From Candidatus Wolframiiraptor gerlachensis (GTDB lineage Archaea > Thermoproteota > Nitrososphaeria_A > Caldarchaeales > Wolframiiraptoraceae): a DNA stretch of 64,000 nucleotides. Below, piece after piece: positions 38,712 through 49,316 of this stretch. How positions within the stretch are numbered: position 1 is the stretch's first letter; each line of letters opens with the position of its first letter. Both the position numbers and the translations under genes were made by a program. The notes below the pieces were generated by a model. That model was not told the DNA's origin and ran no database searches. It saw only the letters and a program-made list of their open reading frames with translations. The stretch spans positions 85,571 through 149,570 of the forward strand of contig JAJPCT020000016.1 of assembly GCA_021323375.2 (NCBI GenBank). Direction: 5' to 3'.

Positions 38712-39674
38712 TTATATCGCGAGCTTCTCCGCGAGCTTGAGTATCTCTATATTGAGCGGCTTCTGATTACTGCATGCCTCCTCCAAGCTTATCGAGGTTA
38801 TCCTCCCGCCCTGTATCCCGACGACCCTGCTCCTCTCACCATCAAGTAGAAGCTCTATCGCCTTCTCAGCGAATACCGATGCGAGGTGCCTGCTTCTCGC
38901 GGTCGGGCTCCCACCCCTCTGAACATACCCGAGAATGCTCACCCTAACCTCCACCCCAACCTTCCTCTCTATTGCCTCGGCGAGCTCATGCGTCTTACCA
39001 ACACCCTCGGCGATCACTATTATACTCGATCTCTTACCCCTAGCCGCATCCCTCCGGAGCTTCTCGAGGACGGCGTCCTCATTATATGGGATCTCTGGGA
39101 CAAGAATTACCTCCGCCCCGGCAGTCAACCCCACCTCGGCTGCGAGGAACCCCCTATTCCTCCCCATGACCTCGACGATGAAAGTCCTCTCGAGAGATAC
39201 CGCTGTATCCCTTATCTTGTTTATCTCGGTTAGCGCTGTGTTCACAGCCGTGTCGAAGCCTATCGTCTCATCAGTCCCATAGACATCGTTGTCTATTGAT
39301 GCTGGTAGGGCTATTATCGCCGCATCCGTCAGCTTGCTTAGCTCGAGCGCCCCTCTTATCGAGCCATCACCGCCTATTACGATTAGGCCGTCGAGACTGT
39401 CCTCGGCTAGGCTCCTCGCAGCCCTCTCGAGGCCCTCCCTAGTCTTGAACTCGGGGCACCTGCTAGTCTTCAGTATCGTGCCGCCTAGGTGAAGTATTCC
39501 GCTAACCGCCCTGGGATCAAGCACGATATACTCGTTCCGTATCACGCCAGTCCATCCCCTCTCGAACCCGATTACCTCCATATTGTTCCAGGCCGCGAGC
39601 CTCGCAACAGCTCTGATGGCGGCATTCATACCCGGCGCATCGCCACCACTCGTGACGACGCCGATCCTCCTCAA
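38712..39674 (-). CDS. pfkA: PfkA-family 6-phosphofructokinase, probably ATP-dependent
   Basis: TSGGDAPGMNAAIRAV, IGGDGS, SIDND, EVMGR, LGYVQRGGSP. Confidence 0.9.
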   Translation of the reverse strand: MRRIGVVTSGGDAPGMNAAIRAVARLAAWNNMEVIGFERGWTGVIRNEYIVLDPRAVSGILHLGGTILKTSRCPEFKTREGLERAARSLAEDSLDGLIVIGGDGSIRGALELSKLTDAAIIALPASIDNDVYGTDETIGFDTAVNTALTEINKIRDTAVSLERTFIVEVMGRNRGFLAAEVGLTAGAEVILVPEIPYNEDAVLEKLRRDAARGKRSSIIVIAEGVGKTHELAEAIERKVGVEVRVSILGYVQRGGSPTARSRHLASVFAEKAIELLLDGERSRVVGIQGGRITSISLEEACSNQKPLNIEILKLAEKLAI

Positions 39675-39698
39675 GCCATATCCACGCCTCCCCGGCTA

Positions 39699-40568
39699 CT
39701 ACCTCTGCTGCTCACCCCTCCGGGTTCTCGGCGGAGCATATGGCGCCGGCACATACTCGACGCTCGGCCTGATCGCGGCTGGCTGTGGATAGAGCTCCAT
39801 GAGCTGATAGACCTCGGCTGGGATCTCGGTCTTAACCGGTATCCCGAGGCTCCTAGCTTCCTCGACCGTTATCGGGTAGTCATGCGTCCATCTACCCTCA
39901 ACCATGGTCCTCGCTATCTCCCTCGCCTTCTCCTCCCCAAACTTATCCCTTAGGAGTTTGTAGACGAGATCCTCCATTTGCCTCATGGCCTTCTCCGCGA
40001 TATCTGCGAGGAGTAGATACTCCTCTCGAACCTTATCCCTGCCCTTCTCATTCACGACCTTCAATATTGAGGCGGCCGGGATAGCGCCATGCCTCGGATC
40101 GCTTATCTGCGGGTCAACCGGGCCGAGCACGGCATTCGCATCCATCCAGATCTCATCCGCCGCTAGGGCTATCAACGTCCCGCCACTCATGGCGTAATGC
40201 GGTATAATCGCTATCTTCTTCGCCTTATGCTCCTTCAGGGCCAAGGCTATCTGAGCCGCCGCGAGGACAAGCCCTCCAGGCGTATGAATTATGATTGCTA
40301 TAGGCATGTCTGGCGGCGTCATCCTAATCGCCCTAAGCACATGCTCCGAGTCCTCGATATCGATATAGCGGTAGAATGGTATCCCGAAGAGGCCTATCCT
40401 CTCCTGCCTATGGATCAGCGTTACAACCCTGCACCCCAGCTTATGCTCAAGCTTCCTGATCAAGCCGAGCCTAGCACCCTGAAGAGCCTTCAGCCTATAC
40501 TGTGGCCAGAGGAAGATCAATAATAGGAGGAAGAGCCAGAAGAGGATCCCGATATCAAACCCATTCAT
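39699..40568 (-). CDS. ClpP-fold SDH-family serine protease
   Basis: IHTPGGLVLAA, PHYAMSGGTLIALAADEI, GPVDPQ, WTHDYPI. Confidence 0.9.
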   Translation of the reverse strand: MNGFDIGILFWLFLLLLIFLWPQYRLKALQGARLGLIRKLEHKLGCRVVTLIHRQERIGLFGIPFYRYIDIEDSEHVLRAIRMTPPDMPIAIIIHTPGGLVLAAAQIALALKEHKAKKIAIIPHYAMSGGTLIALAADEIWMDANAVLGPVDPQISDPRHGAIPAASILKVVNEKGRDKVREEYLLLADIAEKAMRQMEDLVYKLLRDKFGEEKAREIARTMVEGRWTHDYPITVEEARSLGIPVKTEIPAEVYQLMELYPQPAAIRPSVEYVPAPYAPPRTRRGEQQR

Positions 40569-40722
40569 AGCATAAGTAAGGCCATGCCACTAGTAATATC
40601 TCTTTCGCCGCCTTATGCAAGTTCCAGATCTGGAAGTATTTTGAGATTTGCTTGTGTAAATTTTATAGGATTATTGAGGATTATTGAGCGGCAGTCTTAT
40701 AAGCATGTCATATTAAGCCATA

Positions 40723-41082
40723 ATGAGATTAATGTCGTATGGAGGGCGTTTCGAGAGCCTTCTTGGAAGGCGCGTTACCCAGATTATGCGGCCAGTGCTT
40801 GAAGCACTTCTCGGTAAAGCTGGACTAAGAGTTTTGGAATATCATCTTGAAAAACTCCTTCAGGAAGATCCGTATAGCGTTCTATGCAATGAGCCTCATC
40901 GCTTCTACCTCGCGGTGAAAAGCGTCTTCGGACAGGGAGCGGATATGATGATACGTATCATGGCTAAGAAGATGATCGAGGAAGGAGTTCTCGAAGCTTC
41001 CGATCCAAGCGAATTCCTAGAGGCCCTTAAAGATCAGCAGAAGGGGCGGGAAAAACTACTGAAGATGCTTAGACTTCTCTAA
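40723..41082 (+). CDS. hypothetical protein (small helical archaeal family)
   Basis: 119-aa ORF; LG......L.YHL...P..F...V.S.FG.GA pattern. Confidence 0.65.
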   Translation: MRLMSYGGRFESLLGRRVTQIMRPVLEALLGKAGLRVLEYHLEKLLQEDPYSVLCNEPHRFYLAVKSVFGQGADMMIRIMAKKMIEEGVLEASDPSEFLEALKDQQKGREKLLKMLRLL

Positions 41083-41164
41083 CAATTCTCACTACACAAT
41101 AGCATACTCGGGAGATAAAATCGGGATAACAAGCCTTTATTCGCCTTAGAAATTGGTGGTGTGA

Positions 41165-41254
41165 AGCCCCGGCCGGGATTTGAACCCGGGACCAACGGCT
41201 TTCTAGCCAAGAGTGGATACAAGGCCGCCGCTCTGCCGGCTGAGCTACCGGGGC
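41165..41254 (-). tRNA. tRNA-Thr(TGT) with a canonical 37/38 intron (41201-41217)
   Basis: GCCCCGGTAGCTCAG...CCTTGTA[17 nt]AGCCGT...GGTTCAAATCCCGGCCGGGGCT. Confidence 0.95.
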
Positions 41255-41346
41255 CCCTTCTGAGACGCAAAAATCATCCTTAATAACCTTAAAGCATTAG
41301 GAGCGTCTGTAAAGCTAAAAGCTAGCATGCTATCGGATCATGGACG

Positions 41347-41452
41347 GGGGCCGTGGTCTAGCTTGGTTATGATTCGCGGCTTGGGCCCGCGAGGTCCTGG
41401 GTTCAATCGGCCTTCCCGGCTGAGGAGGCCGGAACAGATCCCAGCGGCCCCA
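41347..41452 (+). tRNA. tRNA-Pro(TGG) with a non-canonical T-loop intron (41407-41437, position 58/59)
   Basis: Cloverleaf with anticodon loop CTTGGGC; bulge-helix-bulge GTTC-AAT / GAAC-AGA. Confidence 0.93.
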
Positions 41453-41632
41453 CATCACCTTAAAACCTGCATGTTATGACAGGCTGTATGAGAGCATGTT
41501 TGTTGTTTTGAGCAATTTTGCGCCTTGGCTATTTTCGAAGATGCGTCTTTTGCATGGATAAATAGAAGTCCTTAAAGGCTGGAGGTTATCGAGCTGGGGT
41601 AGGGGGAGCTTCAGCTGGAGTTGTGAGGATAG

Positions 41633-42946
41633 ATGTTGAGAAAGTCTGATGTTGTGAAAGCGATCTTGGTTTTGATTGCTGCATCCTTTATCATAAACCT
41701 GGGATTCTCGGCTCTTGGCCCCCTCTTCCCGTATCTCGTCCTAGCTTTGAAGGGTGTTTTGAGGGAGCTTCCTGAGCTGACTATGGGGGTGATTGAGGCT
41801 CATCAGGGCGCCTTGGAGTTCGGCCTCCTCATGGCGGCGTTCATGGCTACTAGGGCTCCGATGTCGGCATTCTCGGGATTCCTCAGCGACATATTCGGGA
41901 GGAAGCGTACAATAGTTGTGGGGATGATGCTCTACCTCGTCGCCACAACAGGCTTCATACTCTCACGGGATGTTGCCTCGCTGATACTCTTCAGGGCTGT
42001 TCAGGGCATAGGATCGGCGATGGTGTGGCCTGTTGCCGAGGCATATCTTGCTGACGTGACTGGGAGGTGGCAGAGGGGGAGGGCTGTCTCGGCCTTCATG
42101 GCCTCGATGCTCATCGCCGAGCTCATAGGTCCCGGCATAGGCGTCGCCATATACAAGGTGTGGGTCGCGGTCTTCGGTGGAGCGGACTATGTCATGGCGA
42201 TCAAGTCGCCGATAATCTTCCTAGCAGTAATGGTGCTCGGCTCCCTCATCACAACAATCTTCCTCCCAAGCATCCCAACAACAAGGTCGAATCCTGAAAT
42301 CAAGACTGGGCTCGAGGAGGTCAGGAGCATCCTCAAAACACTCCCAAAAACAATCTCAAGAAGTCTGAAGATCATGTACCTAAACGGCATCATCAATGGA
42401 TTCAGCCTAGGGATAATTGAGACGGCCTTGATAGTCTATGTTATCCAGTTCATTGTAAAGGATCCAGCCTATATCGGGCTATACTATATTGTCTCATCAG
42501 CAGCCGCCCTGCCAGCCACCCTCCTATCAGGATACATTGCTGACAGGATCAGGCGGAGGAAGCCGATAATAGTGCTTGGATATGTGGTCGGGAGGGGGAC
42601 ATTCTTCATCATGCCCCTTATACGTGATCCAGCACTATTCCTGATGCTCGCGATACCATCCAGCATGACGTTCGGAATCTCCGTGCCAGCGATGATGGCC
42701 CTCCAAGCAGACATAGCGCCGAGGGAGGTCAGGGGATCAATATTTGGGATACAGGAGCTCTTCATGAATAGCGGGGTTCTCGCCGGATCAATCCTTGGTG
42801 GATGGCTCACACAGATCCTCACAATCCAGATATACCGGGTCGCAGCATGCCAGATTCAGGGGATAGCGCTCCCATTCTGGATAACCGGGGCACTAGGAGC
42901 ACTCACCACAATACTCTTTGCACTATATGTCAAGGAGCCTGAATAG
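41633..42946 (+). CDS. MFS transporter
   Basis: GFLSDIFGRK, FRAVQGIG, GYIADRIRRRK. Confidence 0.9.
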   Translation: MLRKSDVVKAILVLIAASFIINLGFSALGPLFPYLVLALKGVLRELPELTMGVIEAHQGALEFGLLMAAFMATRAPMSAFSGFLSDIFGRKRTIVVGMMLYLVATTGFILSRDVASLILFRAVQGIGSAMVWPVAEAYLADVTGRWQRGRAVSAFMASMLIAELIGPGIGVAIYKVWVAVFGGADYVMAIKSPIIFLAVMVLGSLITTIFLPSIPTTRSNPEIKTGLEEVRSILKTLPKTISRSLKIMYLNGIINGFSLGIIETALIVYVIQFIVKDPAYIGLYYIVSSAAALPATLLSGYIADRIRRRKPIIVLGYVVGRGTFFIMPLIRDPALFLMLAIPSSMTFGISVPAMMALQADIAPREVRGSIFGIQELFMNSGVLAGSILGGWLTQILTIQIYRVAACQIQGIALPFWITGALGALTTILFALYVKEPE

Positions 42947-43241
42947 CCGATATTAAGCAGTACCATACCCAATATACGAATTGAACTGATTAGTAATTTG
43001 GGTTTGTATAAAGATCTATGACGCGAGGATTTGTAATGGGGAACGATTCCATATTATGGAATGAAGCTTGACCTTGTTTCAACTTTTCCGAGATTATTCA
43101 TCCATAAGCTGCTTTAATCATTCGAATTTCGGCTTATTTCGCTGAAATGAGGGGGTTTCATACTCTAGATTGGCGTTTCATGGATGTTTCATGGTGCTAC
43201 TTATTAAAAGGCTCCTTCCGGTGTTCTCAGCGGTGCTGAGG

Positions 43242-43964
43242 ATGAGCCTTCAGGAGCATGTGATCGTAAGTGGGCAAGGCGAGGCGCTTATCGAGCTTGT
43301 TGATGTTAAGAAGGTCTATGTTTCTGATGGGGTTCCAACAGAGGCTTTGAGGGGTGTTACGATGAGTGTTAAAAGGGGCGAGTTCGTGGCCATAGTTGGA
43401 CCGTCGGGTTGCGGCAAGTCTACGCTGCTTCATATTGTTGGCGGGCTTGATAGGCCGACGAGCGGTAAGGTGATAGTGGATGGCATAGACTTCAACAAGC
43501 TATCCGACGATGACTTAGCCAAAGTGAGAAATGAGAAGATGGGGTTCGTTTTCCAGTTTTATAACCTGGTTCCACATCTTTCCGTCTTTAGGAATGTTGA
43601 GCTGCCGTTAATTGTCAAGGGTATTCCGCCTCGCGAGAGGAGGGAGAGGGTTCTAAGAGTGCTTGATGAGGTTGGATTGGCTGATAAAGCGTATTCTAGG
43701 CCTACGAGATTGAGTGGTGGAGAGCAGCAGAGGGTCGCGATCGCTAGGGCGCTGGTTAACGAGCCAGCGATAATTCTCGCAGATGAGCCCACCGGAAACC
43801 TAGATTCCAAGAACAAGATAGCGATAGCGGAACTGTTTAAGAAACTTAACGAGAAGGGTAGGACAATACTTGTTGTCACTCACGATTTTGAAGTTGCCTC
43901 GTATGCGGGGAGAATTCTCTACATAAGGGATGGTAGGATCGAGCGGGAGGAGGTGAGATCATGA
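43242..43964 (+). CDS. LolD/MacB-type ABC ATPase
   Basis: GPSGCGKST, LSGGEQQR, DEPTGNLD. Confidence 0.93.
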   Translation: MSLQEHVIVSGQGEALIELVDVKKVYVSDGVPTEALRGVTMSVKRGEFVAIVGPSGCGKSTLLHIVGGLDRPTSGKVIVDGIDFNKLSDDDLAKVRNEKMGFVFQFYNLVPHLSVFRNVELPLIVKGIPPRERRERVLRVLDEVGLADKAYSRPTRLSGGEQQRVAIARALVNEPAIILADEPTGNLDSKNKIAIAELFKKLNEKGRTILVVTHDFEVASYAGRILYIRDGRIEREEVRS

Positions 43965-46051
43965 CCCGAAAACTGGCACTATGCATCATGCTACAGGCGA
44001 TTATAATATTCTCGCTGATTATTCCTTACGTGAAAGCTGAAACAGGCAACATAGAGATTATTGATGTTCATTGGGGTGAGTCTGGGAGGGAGTGGGCGGC
44101 GGTGCCGGGCGACCGAGCGACGCTAGTAGTCAAGTTCAGAAGTCTAATTGAGGATGAGAAGATCTGCGGCTTGAAGGTGGTTTTATGGCCTATTGACCCT
44201 AATAGACCCTTCCCATTCATCAGCCCAAAAGGAGGTAATATTACAACGTACACCGATCAGCAGATAAGCTTCGGAGATAAGGCGGAGATAACCTTTGATG
44301 TGAAAATTAAGGATGATGCCGTGCCCGGGGCCTATGATGCATATCTCTACTTTTTCTATTATGATTGTGGAGACCCCGAAATCCCATTAATAATGCGGCT
44401 GCGGAAGATAAGCATCGAAGTTTGGCCCCTTCCAGAATTCCGCGTGATCGATGTAAGCTGGCTTAGCAATGAGGGAGTTCAGGTCCATGCTGCGCCCGGG
44501 GATGTGAATGTGATACTCTCAGTCACTCTTGCTGTTCCAAAGTATTACGAGATCTCTAACGTGGCCGCAACCCTGTATCTCGATGAACACTTCACAAACC
44601 TCACGGGAGGAAGGGAGGTGAAGGCAAGCTATACTGGGCTTGTAAGCGAGGGCGGATACTTTACATTAAAGTTCCCCCTAAACGTGGAGAATGACACTCC
44701 GCCCGGCACCTATAATCTGAAGCTGGCTATGAAATACTACAATAAGTGGCTGGCCCTACAATCTCAAGAAATCCTGATCCCGGTTACCGTATATAGTGGC
44801 GGTAAACTTGATCTTTCAATAGAACCTCCCACCCTGAGCATTGGATCAGCTTCGAACATGAATGTCAAAATCTCTAACACAGGAGATGCGCCAATATATT
44901 CTCTTAAGTTGACTGTCTCTTCGGAAAGCCTAGTTGTGGCTAATGATGAAGTTAATATAGGTGAACTAGGGCCAAGGGAGGCGTTAAACCTCCCCTTCTC
45001 AATATGGGTCCCGGCCACGCTATCTGAAGGAACATACCCAATCTCTATCCAGGCAGAGTATATCAATTCTAACGGCGTTAAGCAGACCCTATTTAAGACC
45101 ATTAAGGTATATGTTAAGTCGCAGCCAACACTCAGCATTTCAGGATACATAAAGAACCCTGAGATTATTTTGGGAAAGAGCGGAGAGCTCACGATCGTCG
45201 TGGAGAATAGTTATGATTCCCCGATAAGGGATGTAAGCATCAAGCCCTCTCTCGAAGGAACGGCGCTGGTATTGTCGAGAGACGTATTCTTTTTCTTTGA
45301 TGAGGTTCCTGCTAGGGGGTCTGTTGAGCTGAGGGTTCCCGTGATGGCCCCGCCATCAGCATCGACGGGAACCAGCTATGTAAAGCTCTCAGTCGCTTAT
45401 CGTAGCCCCTCTGGAAGCCTTAGGACAGATGAGATCTCGCTTCCAGTGATTATTAAGCCAGATGTGAGGCTTGAAATCGCTAGTTTCGCGTTGTCATCCA
45501 CTTCTGTGGCCCCGGGAGAGTCCATCGACATATCCGGAGACATATATAACAGGGGGCTCTCGGCGGGCAAGTTGTGCGAAGTTAGAGTGGAGGCATCAAA
45601 CCCATTAATCATAACCGAGGATTCAAGAGACTATATCGGCGACATATCATCGCTCTCTAAAGCATCCTTCACGGTGGTGGTGGATGTAGCTAATAATGCA
45701 AGACCCGGAAAATATTCTGGAACCATTATCGTTTCATGTAGCGATGTATTCGGAAATCTACATCAGATTTCAAAGTCATTTGAGGTTCAAGTAACGCCGG
45801 GCTCAATCTTTCTCAGTCTTACAACAGGTACTATAGAGAGGTGGAACATGACTCAGGGTGGAGTTCCCACTACTATAGGACCACGTGCCATGATGACGGG
45901 AGAATCGAGTTATGTATCGATGCTGCAGAACCCGATAATGATTCTATTAACAGCGTCCATTGTGGCAGGAGCCATACTTGCGATCCTGCTTGTGAGAAAG
46001 AGGAGATCGTCAAGAGAGAGGAGGCGGGAGACAGGAGATGAGGCTGCTTGA
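43961..46051 (+). CDS. COG1361 S-layer-like surface protein
   Basis: Signal peptide, repeated Ig-like PG.Y modules, C-terminal TM. Confidence 0.8.
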   Translation: MTRKLALCIMLQAIIIFSLIIPYVKAETGNIEIIDVHWGESGREWAAVPGDRATLVVKFRSLIEDEKICGLKVVLWPIDPNRPFPFISPKGGNITTYTDQQISFGDKAEITFDVKIKDDAVPGAYDAYLYFFYYDCGDPEIPLIMRLRKISIEVWPLPEFRVIDVSWLSNEGVQVHAAPGDVNVILSVTLAVPKYYEISNVAATLYLDEHFTNLTGGREVKASYTGLVSEGGYFTLKFPLNVENDTPPGTYNLKLAMKYYNKWLALQSQEILIPVTVYSGGKLDLSIEPPTLSIGSASNMNVKISNTGDAPIYSLKLTVSSESLVVANDEVNIGELGPREALNLPFSIWVPATLSEGTYPISIQAEYINSNGVKQTLFKTIKVYVKSQPTLSISGYIKNPEIILGKSGELTIVVENSYDSPIRDVSIKPSLEGTALVLSRDVFFFFDEVPARGSVELRVPVMAPPSASTGTSYVKLSVAYRSPSGSLRTDEISLPVIIKPDVRLEIASFALSSTSVAPGESIDISGDIYNRGLSAGKLCEVRVEASNPLIITEDSRDYIGDISSLSKASFTVVVDVANNARPGKYSGTIIVSCSDVFGNLHQISKSFEVQVTPGSIFLSLTTGTIERWNMTQGGVPTTIGPRAMMTGESSYVSMLQNPIMILLTASIVAGAILAILLVRKRRSSRERRRETGDEAA

Positions 46052-47306
46052 TATACTGTATCTAGCGTTCTCCGCCCTGAGATCTAGAAAACTCAGAACA
46101 ATATTGACTATAGTCGGGATGACCATCGGTCCAGCCCTCTACGTCGCGGCAATCGCCTCAACCGAAGGATATGGAGAATCATTGACGCGCAGCCTGCAGA
46201 CACTAGGCGCCAACGTTATACAGATAATGTCAATGCCAGGAAGAGGTGAAAGTAGGGTGGAGTTAACCGATAAGACCCTCCAAAAGTTGTCGGAGATTGA
46301 TGGCGTTACCGCGGTTGTTCCGATGTACTCTATCTCCAGCGCCACAGTCAGGATTAAAGGCACAACTGTAGAGTTATCTCCAGCAGAAGAAACGTATAGG
46401 ATCATCGCTGTGGATCTGAAATATCTTGATGATATTTTCAAGGGACTTCAAATTAGTGAGGGGAATCTGTCTGGCATAGGTAGCTCCATAGCGGTTATAG
46501 GCACGAAGGTCTCAAGGCCCGACGATCCTAATCTCCCCCAGATAAATCTCGGTGACGCGATAACAATCGAAGTGACTGCAGGTGGTGGGGAGAAACGGGT
46601 GATCACGGTAAGGGTGATCGGCATATTAAGTGAATATGGGCAAGGTTTCTTCTTCAACCCCGATATGACGATATTTATCCCGCTGAGGGCTGGAAAGAAG
46701 TTGACTGGGTCGTCAGCATACCAGCAGGCGCTTATAATAGCCAAGGATGAAAGCTATGTTCAGCAGATCCAAACGGAGATAACAAATGTTATAGGGGGTA
46801 ATGTTAGAGCATTCTCGCCGCAACAGATAGTGCAGACAATTCAGCAAACAATGAGCCAGTTCTCAACGTTCCTAGCCTCCATATCCTTCATGTCTTTCAT
46901 CGTGGCTTTTCTGGCGATAATGACGACAATGTTCACCTCGGTGACTGAGAGAGTTAGGGAGATTGGGATTCTGAAGGCTGTTGGATTCAGGACGAAACAC
47001 ATCTTAGGCATATTCCTTACAGAGGCCGCGTTGATCGGGCTCATAGGGGGAACACTGGGCATTATTGCAGGGGTTATTGGGGCCAATTTCTTTTACCTTC
47101 CTTTCGGCAATGTTAGGGCGCCATTCGGACAGCCAGGTGGGGGAGGCCAGGCGGCAACACTTTCATTACAGATAACTCCAAAAATAACCCCAGATCTATT
47201 GCTGACAACGCTAGCGATGGCTGTTGTGATAGGATTGCTGGCGGGCTTGATCCCAGCTTGGAGGGCTGCAAGATATCATCCGGTGGAGGCGTTGAGATAT
47301 GAGTGA
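46038..47306 (+). CDS. MacB/FtsX-family ABC permease
   Basis: SVTERVREIGILKAVG, PAWRAA..PVEALRYE. Confidence 0.93.
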   Translation: MRLLDILYLAFSALRSRKLRTILTIVGMTIGPALYVAAIASTEGYGESLTRSLQTLGANVIQIMSMPGRGESRVELTDKTLQKLSEIDGVTAVVPMYSISSATVRIKGTTVELSPAEETYRIIAVDLKYLDDIFKGLQISEGNLSGIGSSIAVIGTKVSRPDDPNLPQINLGDAITIEVTAGGGEKRVITVRVIGILSEYGQGFFFNPDMTIFIPLRAGKKLTGSSAYQQALIIAKDESYVQQIQTEITNVIGGNVRAFSPQQIVQTIQQTMSQFSTFLASISFMSFIVAFLAIMTTMFTSVTERVREIGILKAVGFRTKHILGIFLTEAALIGLIGGTLGIIAGVIGANFFYLPFGNVRAPFGQPGGGGQAATLSLQITPKITPDLLLTTLAMAVVIGLLAGLIPAWRAARYHPVEALRYE

Positions 47307-48060
47307 TGAGAAGACGGTGAGAGCTGATTGGATAGAGAAAATCAGGAGCATGTTCTCTTCGAGGAAGTGGAAGTGGATGATAGTGGGCTGCATCGTAATC
47401 GTCGTATCCATCATATCCGCGGTCATGATCTATAATTACTTTGCTGAGAGAAGCCTAAGGGAGAAGAGGGATCTTGAACTATTATTAGACCTATTGGAGA
47501 AAGAGGTCAAAGAGGTCGAGGAAAATCGGTCGATTTATGGACCACCTCCTCCAAGAATCAATATTAAGGATGCTAGAATCTTACTGGACAGGGCTCGACA
47601 ATATTTCAGATGGGGGATGTATGATCTAGCATGGATGGAGGTTAGGAAGTTGATGTTCATGCTGCGCGAGTATTTTCTATACCCAAGCATTAACGCCACC
47701 AGCGAGGAGACTGCTGTCAAGTGTATTCTCCTAGGGAGGATCGATAGGGTTAAGCGCTGGATAGATGTCTTCACTGAGATCTCTGAAAGAACGCGCGACG
47801 AGAGCGTGAGAAGTTTATTAGTAAATGCATCAAATACCTTGAGAAAACTGGTTGAGGAAGCTAAGCAGCTCATCGAAAGAGGATCTTACCAGGAGGCTAA
47901 GGAAAAGCTTGATGAGGCATTCAGGATAATAGATGATGCCTTGAGATCCCTGAGGTCCATTGTTACCCCACCTCCTAGGAAAGAGATTATGCGAGTTCCA
48001 CCTCGTTTCTCCGACCCACCTTTACCACCCGAACCAAGCCCCTTCTCTCAAGTCTTCTAA
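47299..48060 (+). CDS. membrane-anchored helical hypothetical protein
   Basis: Single TM, helical repeats, Pro-rich tail. Confidence 0.7.
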   Translation: MSDEKTVRADWIEKIRSMFSSRKWKWMIVGCIVIVVSIISAVMIYNYFAERSLREKRDLELLLDLLEKEVKEVEENRSIYGPPPPRINIKDARILLDRARQYFRWGMYDLAWMEVRKLMFMLREYFLYPSINATSEETAVKCILLGRIDRVKRWIDVFTEISERTRDESVRSLLVNASNTLRKLVEEAKQLIERGSYQEAKEKLDEAFRIIDDALRSLRSIVTPPPRKEIMRVPPRFSDPPLPPEPSPFSQVF

Positions 48061-48814
48061 CAATCCTCCAAACAGTGGTTTTGGGTAGATGGGTTAGAGC
48101 TCTGATATCGGATTCGGAAACCCTCTTCTTGCTCTTTATTATTTCCAAAACCCTCTTCTCATCCTCCGAGAGGTTGCGCGGGCTCTTTCTATACCTCTTC
48201 ACAAGAATTATTGTAGAGAGTATCGTGATAAGGCCTCCTAAGAATCCGGCGAGAATAAGGGCTGGGAAGCCTTCTCGTTGGGCATTCTGATTAACTAATG
48301 ACTCAACATGCATCACATATTCTATCCTCCAGTATCCGGGGCCTAGGACGAGCTTCAATTGTTGTCCCTCATTGGTTATCGCTTTCGGTATACTATTCAG
48401 CGAGATGATAGTGCTTCTGCTCGGTAGGATGACTGTAGCCTCGGCGGGCAAATCTATCTCCAGACTCCATAGGGAGCTGTTCTTATAAGTCAGGGCATCC
48501 GTATCATAGTAGATGATTATTTCCCGCGATGCATTATGATAAATTGTCAGCTTGTCCGCTATGAGGTCGTAAGCGAGAATCCTCCCATCACTTCCTAATA
48601 CTATGATATTTTCCACGTTCCTCGCGAGCAGATTTACAGTGATATTATCCGCGGGCTCTCCCGGGAAGATTCTCTCCTCCACGTGTACTACTCCATCCTC
48701 ATAGACTCTAAGGGTTAAACTGGATATGCTCACCCCACAAGTAGGGAAGATGATAGAAATTATGACGAGCAGGATTAGCAGCGTCAAACATTTTCCCGCG
48801 ATTTTTCCAGCCAT
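47987..48814 (-). CDS. membrane-anchored wHTH transcriptional regulator
   Basis: Signal peptide, extracellular domain, TM, C-terminal LPKTTVWRIVRRLERRGLV. Confidence 0.82.
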   Translation of the reverse strand: MAGKIAGKCLTLLILLVIISIIFPTCGVSISSLTLRVYEDGVVHVEERIFPGEPADNITVNLLARNVENIIVLGSDGRILAYDLIADKLTIYHNASREIIIYYDTDALTYKNSSLWSLEIDLPAEATVILPSRSTIISLNSIPKAITNEGQQLKLVLGPGYWRIEYVMHVESLVNQNAQREGFPALILAGFLGGLITILSTIILVKRYRKSPRNLSEDEKRVLEIIKSKKRVSESDIRALTHLPKTTVWRIVRRLERRGLVRVVKVGRRNEVELA

Positions 48815-48871
48815 TTTCTATTCTAGGCGTTGTCTTCGATGGATCTTATTTATGCATTTGCATGCTCATCC

Positions 48872-49309
48872 TCATTTTTCAGTTAGACTTTTGCTTGTTT
48901 CTAGAAGCCTTCTCGCCAGCTCGTGAACAAATTCTGCGCTCTCCAAGGCTTTCACCGCGTCATCCTTGTTAAAGAGGTCCTCAGGAGATTTTCCAGCAGC
49001 TTCTACCCCATACATGCTCGGGGCGCGCTTCTCCGCGAGATCCCTAGAGATCTCTGCAAACCTTTCGATCTCTTCTCTGAACCAGCTTGGAAATCTCACA
49101 GACTCCGCCCTAAGGATATCGCCGACGTCGTGAACTTTCGGATATTCGACGCCAACGAGCCTCAGGCACGCCTTTAAGGAGAGCCCTACACATTCTTGGG
49201 AATACCTGACCACCTCTGAGTAATAGCCCTGGTCAAGAGCATGTCATGCGGAGATGAGCATGGCCTCAGCCCTTCTAAGATGGGTGCGGGCCAAGCTATC
49301 CATTCTCAA
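48872..49309 (-). pseudogene. HEPN toxin with an in-frame TGA at 49244-49246
   Basis: MRMDSLARTHLRRAE...A*HALDQGYYSEVVRYSQECV..SLKA..YPKVHDVG. Confidence 0.8.
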
Positions 49310-49316
49310 ACCTTGA

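Noticed and set aside
49244-49246. Selenocysteine or readthrough at the HEPN TGA
   Set aside because: The position is not a Cys site and no SECIS-like structure is evident; a nonsense mutation is simpler.
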